Source: the human T2T-CHM13v2.0 reference genome, Homo sapiens. Taken from it: a stretch of DNA of 64,000 nucleotides. The DNA is taken from NCBI RefSeq assembly GCF_009914755.1, contig NC_060948.1, one strand, 5' to 3'. The position numbers and the translations under genes were made by a program. Shown here one piece after another: positions 56,881 to 64,000 of this stretch. The notes beneath the pieces are model-generated. The model had not been told where the DNA came from. It made no database searches and was given only the letters and a program-made list of their open reading frames with translations. How positions within the stretch are numbered: position 1 is the first letter of the stretch; the number at the start of each line of letters is the position of its first letter.

Positions 56881-58766
56881 TTTTCTAATCTTTTTTTAAT
56901 TGTCATTTTTGGACAGGCACGGTGACTCACGCCTGTAATCCCAGCACTCTGGGAGGTGGAGGCAGGCAAATAACCTGAGGTCAGGAGTTCATGACCATCC
57001 TGGCCAAGATGGTGAAACTTCCTCTCTACTAAAAACACAAAAATTAGACAGGCATGGTGGCACATACCTGTAATCTCTGCTACTTGAGAGGCTGAGGGAT
57101 GAGAATCATTTGTACCCAGGAGGTGGAGATTGAGTGAGCCGAGATCAAGCCACTGCAACCCAGCCTGGGTGACAGAGTAAGTGTCTCAAAAAAAAAATGT
57201 CATTTTATAGCTCTCCACTGCAGCTGTCCCCCACCCTTCCCTTTGATGATCACTTTTGCAGGCTTCAGCGGTACCAGGGAAAAAGTTGGGGCCTGGCAGC
57301 CCCACTATACTGCCAGCCAGGGAGAACAAGTCACAATTACGAATTATCACAATAATTAGTGTCTGTTCTTGGGGTATCTGCAAAGTGTGCAAAGTGAGGA
57401 GGCCCCAGCTCCCCCTCACGTAGGTGCCCATTTGGCAGGGAGCTTGCTTTAGAGACAATGATATTCCTTCAGCCTGATGGAATTGATGTTGATGAACCTG
57501 GTGGCATTAATTGGCTCCTAATCGCCCTGCACATTCATGCTCACCAGCTCCTCATTTTAGAGAGACAGTGGGGACTCCTGTCTGAGTATGTCCACCTGGC
57601 TCTTGAAGACAGGCACCTGCACTTTCCCTTCCACTCACTCCTGGGACTTGGTGATGCAGTGGTGGACAAATTCACATTCAGGGCTGTGCCAGAAACTGGT
57701 GTACACCAGCTCAGCAAATTTCACGCCCAGGCCTTGTTTGATTTTGCACTCTTCCTGATTCATGGTGAAGGCCTCGATGTGTAAATGAGCATAGTAAAGG
57801 ATGATGCCAGCTAGGGTCTTGTAGATGCCTCAGGACTTCATTGCAATGAAATGGTTCTCCACGATGTCAATATGGCCCAGGCCATGCTTGCTCGCAGCTT
57901 CGTTCAGGTACACGCAGAGCTCCTAGGAGGTCTGGTGGGTGGCGCCATCCTTGACGTTGGTCACCTTCACGGGGACCTCTTTTTTGAACTCAATCTAGAG
58001 AATGTCAGGGGTGTTGGGGGCTTTGGTCAGGTCCTTAGTCTTTGTGTAGAGACCTGGAGGTGCTTATGGTACTTGTGTTTCTCCAGGATTCCAGCCTCAT
58101 AGCTGATACACATGAGGTTCTCGTCCATGATCCACGGGTTCTTGAGAGTGACTGGGATGGGAATCCGATGTTGCTTTGTGTATTCCATCAGATCATTGCA
58201 GCCATTGAGCCAGTAGTAGAACTCGGGCATCCTCCAGGGAGCAATGACCTTAATCTGGGGGCCAGTGAGCAGGTGAGCTCAAACTGGACCTGATCGTTCT
58301 CCTTTCCCATGATGCCATAGGATACGTACTTGGCCCCCTCCTGCTGGGTAATTTCCACTTGTTTGTGGGCGATGCAGAGCCTAGCCAGAGAGGTGCCCAG
58401 GAGGTAGTAGTCCTCATACAGGGCGCTGGACTGGATGGCCGGCCAGATGAACTCCTCCACAAACTCCCTGCTGACTTCCTCAATGAACACCTTTTTGGCC
58501 CCAAGCTTGCATGCCTTCTTCCTGTCTTTCTCGAAGTCTTCCTTCTGGCCAATGTTGGCCAGGTAGGCAATGACAACATGTCCTTGTTCCTTCAGCCACA
58601 CAAGCATGCAGGAGGTGTCCAGGCCACCACTGTGGGCCAGAACCATGGATCCTTTGCTGGACATAGCATCTGGGATTGGAGGTGCGAGTTCCCTGCATCT
58701 GAAATCTGTCTTCACGGTGCAGTAAACCACTTGCGCCCCGTGCAACAGAAGCAGGTGACAGAGCAA
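56881..58766 (-). pseudogene. ASS1P: ASS1 processed pseudogene (possibly ASS1P4/ASS1P6); CDS-equivalent 58664 to ~57428
   Basis: Intronless [28 protein letters not shown]...[18 protein letters not shown]...ISYEAGILE; frameshifts; 5' and 3' UTR; A-rich tail; TSD aggaggtaatt at 56870-56880 and ~58768-58778. Confidence 0.97.
56911..57198 (+). mobile_element. AluS inserted in the pseudogene 3' UTR
   Basis: Full Alu; TSD aa(t/a)tgtcatttt. Confidence 0.95.
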
Positions 58767-59149
58767 GAGGAGGTAATTTTTTTACAGCAGCTATACCAAA
58801 CTAATACTGTTCAGTTTAGCAGCAACACCAAAATCAATGAGGAATATCAGGATGGTTAGCACACTGACCAGGAGTTTGGGTCAGCACTGACTCCAGGCCC
58901 ATGAGCCATGCTCAGACACTGTGTGGAGAGTGTTGTGGTGTACACTGAAGGAGTTTTGAACTCTCCTTTGGAGCACCAGCCTTGGTGTGGCTGTCAGATG
59001 TGCTTGGATTCAGTGCCTATCAGCTGAGGAGCTGAGCCTATTGAGAATTCTGTGTGTCAAAATTGGTCAGCATTTGAGGCAGTTCTGGGCTATCAGGGGG
59101 AGACAAGATTCCATGGCAGACACGAGCCAGAGTCGAAGAGAGAAAGTCA

Positions 59150-60545
59150 TAGGAGGCAAGATAATGGCCTCTGAAAGAGGGCCACATCCCAATCTCCTAT
59201 GAATATGGTACCCTGCAATGGAGAAAGGGAATACAGGTTGCAGATAGAATTAAGGTGGTTAACTCACTCGACCTTAAAACTGGGAGATTGTTTTTGATTA
59301 TTCAGGCTGGGCCCAATCTAATTGCAAGAAGTCAGGCTGGATTCAGGACCCTAAATGCAATGACAGGTGTACTTGTAAGAGACAGAAAAGGACACACAGA
59401 CACAGAGGAGAAGGCCACTTGGAGACAGAGGCAGAGACTGGAATGATGTGGCCACAAGCCTAGAGATACCTGGAGCCCCCAGGACCTGGGAGAGGCAGGA
59501 AGTGTCCTCCCCTAGAGCCTCCAGAGGGAACTAAGTACACCTGTAGTAGTTTAAACTGTCCTTAGAGTCCTTAAAAGTAGAGAAAATTCAAGGCCAGCCT
59601 GGGCATCATAGCAAGACATTGTCTCTACTGAAAAGAAAAAAAAGAAAAAAAAAGAAGCCAGATATGGAGGCGCACACCTGTAATATCAGCTATTCTTGAT
59701 CCCAGGAGTTGAAGGCTGTAGTGAGCTATGACCATGGTGCTGCACTCCAGCCTGGATGATAGAGCAGGACTCTATCTCAAAAAATTTAAAAAGCTGGGAG
59801 CAGTGGCTTATGCCTGTAATCCCAGCACTTTGAGAGGCTGAGGCAGGAGGATCGCTTGATCCCAGGAAGCTGAAGCTGTAAGGACACCACTGCACTCCAG
59901 CCTGGGCTACAGAGTAAGACCCTGTCTCAAAAAAATAAAAAACAGCAGAAGAATCAGAGATAAGTACGGTTGTCTCTGGAAGCTGGAAATGAAGTTTCCT
60001 GTTTATAATCAGCTGGAAAGGGAGACTTCAATTCTACAACCACAGGAAACAATTCTGTCACCATCCCTGAAAAGCAAGGAAATGAATTCTTCCTAACATC
60101 TTCTCTATTAAAATGCAGCCCTACTGATACCCTTTTTTTTCACTTTTGTAATTATCACTTTAATTAGTAACTTAATATAAAAACCAGGAAAAAAATCTAC
60201 ATTTGTATCAGACCAAAGATCAGGTTTAAAAAATGAATACACCATACTTCTGTTCAAAATAGATTCCAGAAGGAAATTCACAAGTATTTTTCTCTCTTGG
60301 CGAAGGTGTTTACTTTTTAAAATAATGTGAACTTGTACTTGTGATTAAGGGGTACATGTGCAGGTTTATTACATTGTTACGTTGCGTGACGCTGAGCCTA
60401 CCAACATCTTGATTTTAGCCCAATGAAGCTCTTGTTGAACTTCTCACCTCCAGAATTACTGAACTGTAGAAGTGTAAGAAAATAAATTTGCATCGTTTAA
60501 GCAACTAAGTTTATAACAATTTGTGACAACAGCCATAGAAAATTA
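59150..60545 (+). mobile_element. MLT1E-like LTR with multiple nested inserts (duplicated MLT1C segment, Alus at ~59590-59942, L1 transduction)
   Basis: caggttgcagatagaattaaggt...gagtccttaaaagtag...ttcaattctacaaccacagg...aataaatttgcatcgtttaagc. Confidence 0.65.
60133..60396 (-). mobile_element. Very short L1 3' end with a putative 3'-transduced flank and second poly(A)
   Basis: T-run at 60133-60140, tttaat at 60159-60164, non-L1 segment, L1 tail ggggtacatgtgcaggttt...gttgcgtgacgctgag; degenerate TSD cctactgatacc/cctaccaacatc. Confidence 0.6.
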
Positions 60546-61399
60546 ATAAGCTGGCAAATGGGTGAGGGCCTGTGAACTCTGTATCTTCCCAGGAGGGAGC
60601 CATTTATCCAGTAATAATGCACTGTACATCAGGAATTACTGGGCCACAACGTGAGTCATTTCTAGTGGTAGGAATTGACTGCCGATCCCCCCCTGCTGTA
60701 CCTTGGTCTTCTCACCTGTGAGCCATTGGGCACCCTTGTGCGTAACTAGGAAGGTTAACAGAAGAGCCAGTGTCCCTGAACTACTCTTTCTCAAGGTGAA
60801 ATTGACCTGTCATGGGCCCCGTCAGGGTTATCACTCAAAAAAGCCAATGAGCCAGTGTAAACAGGAGATTCCTTCAAATCAGAGTATCCTCTGGGAGATG
60901 CACGATCCATATTCTACTTGCTTCAGAAACAACTCGGGTGTTCGCCAAAAATGCGCAGCCCCAGGTCAAACGCTCGGATTAGCTCAATGAAGGTTTCTGG
61001 AATGGGGCCTCCACTGTCTCATTTTCTGGTTCTCCGATGGGTCCTTCCTGGTGTCACCTCCCCATAAACACCTTACCCTCAAATCCTAGTCTCTGCTTGT
61101 GCTTCTAGGGGGAACTCAGTTCCCTACATTTAATTCTGCTTAAACCCCTACCCCAATAACCCCACCATAACCTTACCAATAACTCTTTCAAGTGATCCAT
61201 GTAGGTCGTATGAGACATAGACAGATAAACTAAGTGTAAGAAATCTTTGAATAAACAGATCAAACATTTAGATTTTAACTCAAGTTTATTTATGTTTTTT
61301 TCCAGTTGAAAAAGAAAGAAAACTTATAAAGAATAACGAACTCCCTAAAGGCAAAGGGAAAATGTTTGTATACTTATCTAATTCATATTGAAATCTGCA

Positions 61400-62300
61400 T
61401 AAGATATTCATACATATTTAACTGCATAACTTAAATTTATACATGTTTTAATGAATATCAATTTATTGTATTGTAATACATAAATATTTTATAACATACA
61501 TTATATTGATGACACATTTAAATGTATTGATATATTATAAAATATAAATACATAATTTATATAAACAAATTTTAATTAGATGTTATAAGTTAATTAGATA
61601 ACTTGATTAGGTAAACATTAGATATTTTAAAATGAATGTATCATATATAATATACAAATATATAAATATAATATATAATATATAAATGTATTATAAATAT
61701 ATAATGGAATGAATATATCATTATAACAAATATTACATAATATAGAAAGATATTTATATTATGATGTCTGTTATATATTCATATGTAACTTTTTTTTTTT
61801 TTTTCAGATGGAGTCTCACTGCATTGCCCAGGCTGGAGTGCAATTGCGAGATCTCGGCTTCACTGCAACCTCTGCCTTCTGAGTTAAGTGATTCTCCTGC
61901 CTCAGCCACCCAAGTAGCTGGGATTACAAGGGTGCACCACGCCCAGCTAATTTTTGTATTTTTAGTAGAGATAGGGTTTCACTATGTTGGCCAGGATGGT
62001 TTCAATCTCCTGACCTTGTGATCTGCCTGCCTTCACCTCCCAAAGTGCTGGGATTACAGGCATAAGCCACCACGTGCAACTTATGTGCCATATTATATAT
62101 AATAGAATATAGTGTGTATTTTATTAATATGATATAATTTTATAATATATCTTATATACCCATATAATGTATAATATATCTTATACACCCAATAATTTAT
62201 GAAATATACTTACAGACCCATATATTTATATACTATATACTATTTGCATTATTAACCATAAATATTATAATTACATTAAATCATTTGTAATACCATTATT
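61400..62300. repeat. AT-rich low-complexity region containing a minus-strand Alu (61790-62080)
   Basis: Direct reading; Alu poly(T)-agatggagtctcactg...gctgggattacaggc. Confidence 0.85.
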
Positions 62301-62416
62301 AACAAATATACACAAGATAAAATTGCTTTAATAAGTTTTAAAGAAACCAATGATACAACACGATGTGCCTGGAAATCAAGAAATCTCTTATAGTTGTTAT
62401 AAGATGTTGAAAATGA

Positions 62417-62732
62417 GGGCCAGGCATGGTGGCTCATGCCCGTAATTCCAGCATTTTATGAGGCCGAGGCAGGAGGATCGCTCGAGCCCAGGAGTTTGAG
62501 ACCAGCCTGGGCAACATAATGAAATCTTGTCTCCATAAAAAATATGAATGTTAGCTGGGCATGATGGTGCATACCTGTAGTCCCAGCTACTCAGGAGGCT
62601 GAGGCAGAAGGATTACCTAGGCCAGGAGGTCGAGGCTACAGTGAGCCATAATAGTACCACTGCACTCCAGCCTGAGTGACAGATTGAGACCCTGTCTAAA
62701 AAAACAAACAAAACAAAACAACAACAAAGAAA
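62417..62732 (+). mobile_element. AluJ-like element
   Basis: ggccaggcatggtggctcatgcc...ggaggatcgctcgagcccaggag...(caaaa)n tail. Confidence 0.95.
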
Positions 62733-62960
62733 AAGATGTTCACTTTCCTTTAAGGTTTCCATATTGCTTAATTAGGAGATATTTACAAAAGAATCTATTA
62801 TCTTTATTTCAGGAAATAAATTGACAGAAAGGTTTTTTCCTGGAAAAAGCTGTTAGAAAAATCTTTAAAAATTAAAGTAAGATATTCTGTGTTAAAATTA
62901 GGTTTTAGTAAGCTGGAGAAGCACATTCCTAAAACTACACAGGCAAGCATGTTACCAATG

Positions 62961-63309
62961 TGATATGGTTTGGCTGTGTCCCCACCCAAATCTCATCTTG
63001 AATTGTACTCTTTGTAATTCCCATGTTGTGGGAGGGACCCAGTGGGAGATAATTTGAATCATGGGGGCAGTTTCCCCCATACTGTTCTCATGGTAGTGGG
63101 TGGGTCTCATGAAATCTGATGGTTTTATGAGGGTTTCTCTTTTGCATCTTCCTCATTTTTTGTTGCTGCCACCATGTAAGAAGTGCTTTTTGCCTCCTGC
63201 CATCATACTGAGGCCTCCCCAGCCATGTGGAACTGTAAGCGCAATGAAACCTCTTTTTCTTCCCAGTCTTGGGTATGTCTTTATCAGCAGCATGAAATGA
63301 ACTAAGACA
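62961..63309 (+). mobile_element. THE1C/D-like solo LTR
   Basis: tgatatggtttggctgtgtcccc...gaactaagaca; perfect TSD caatg. Confidence 0.93.
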
Positions 63310-63719
63310 CAATGCAGTAAGAGTTTGCACTGAAATAGCATTCAGACTGATGAGGGCAGGTGTGCTAATTGAATGCCCCCTGTGTCATCCTTTCTCCCAA
63401 CACTTGGCAGACATCAGTGATTTCTCTAAGTGGTTTTCTCTGCTCAGCCCACACACATCCCCAGACCGGTTCTCTATTTGCACTTCAGGCAGGTTGGTAC
63501 AAACCTATTAAAAGCAGACAGGCAAGACAGCACACACTGTTCCCTGCTGAGATGTGGAATCCAGCAAGTGGGATTAACACAATTTAGGCCCTTGTGGAGT
63601 TCGGGCTATATCAATACACTCAATATTTTTGGATTTATTAACTAGACAAATGATGAAATCAATAAATGAATTTTTTTATTGCTTGACTTTTTAAATGATG
63701 ACTTTTAGAAGCAGTGTAA

Positions 63720-64000
63720 TTGGTTTTTTAAAAAATGTATGTTAATTTATGGGGTACACATGTGATTATGTAACCTAGACAGATTGCGCAGTGGTGAAGT
63801 CTTGGCTTCTGTATCCATCACTGGCATAATGCATTTGTGCCCATTAAGTAACTTGTTATCCCTCAGCACCCTCCTACCCTTCCCAGTCAGCAATGTCTAT
63901 GATTCCGCACTTTACTCCTATGTGGTAACATTATTTAGCTCCTACTTATAAATAAGAACATGCACTATTTGTCTTTTTGTTTCTGAGTTGTTTTACTTAA
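63720..64000 (-). mobile_element. L1MA/L1PB 3' end
   Basis: ttatggggtacacatgtg...cagtggtgaagtc...tttagctcctacttataaataagaacatg. Confidence 0.85.

Noticed and set aside
58188-58766. 192-aa ORF as a functional truncated ASS1
   Set aside because: Frameshifts after ~130 codons, motif substitutions, no introns or promoter; processed pseudogene.
57458-58859. Plus-strand ORFs over the ASS1 pseudogene
   Set aside because: Antisense shadows of a formerly coding sequence with GC-rich third positions.

Overview
Primate, most likely human, repeat-dense, gene-poor genomic DNA with no intact protein-coding gene that I can support. Main landmarks: (i) a full-length processed ASS1 (argininosuccinate synthase 1) pseudogene on the minus strand (~56.9-58.8 kb); (ii) an ~8.2 kb defective HERV-H provirus (23388-31574, minus strand, TGAAG target-site duplication) that keeps a full-length but disrupted env and has a duplicated R-U5 segment giving two primer-binding sites in series (tRNA-Phe type, then tRNA-His type); (iii) L1, Alu, MaLR, LTR12, LTR8A, MER4, MER41, Tigger and MER DNA-transposon copies, often nested; (iv) several old local duplications, including two inverted pairs (38.6-42.1 kb and 50.2-52.9 kb) and recurring tandem MLT1-derived ~240 bp units. 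The ASS1 pseudogene plus tandem MLT1B-type arrays suggests the Xp22.33/Yq11 homologous region (ASS1P4/ASS1P6); this is inference, not checked by alignment. Repeat family names come from recalled consensus sequences and need RepeatMasker/Dfam confirmation. I see no evidence of a new multi-gene system. The most unusual items are retrotransposition fossils: the dual-PBS provirus, a polyadenylated LTR retrocopy, an L1 3' transduction and a twin-primed L1.
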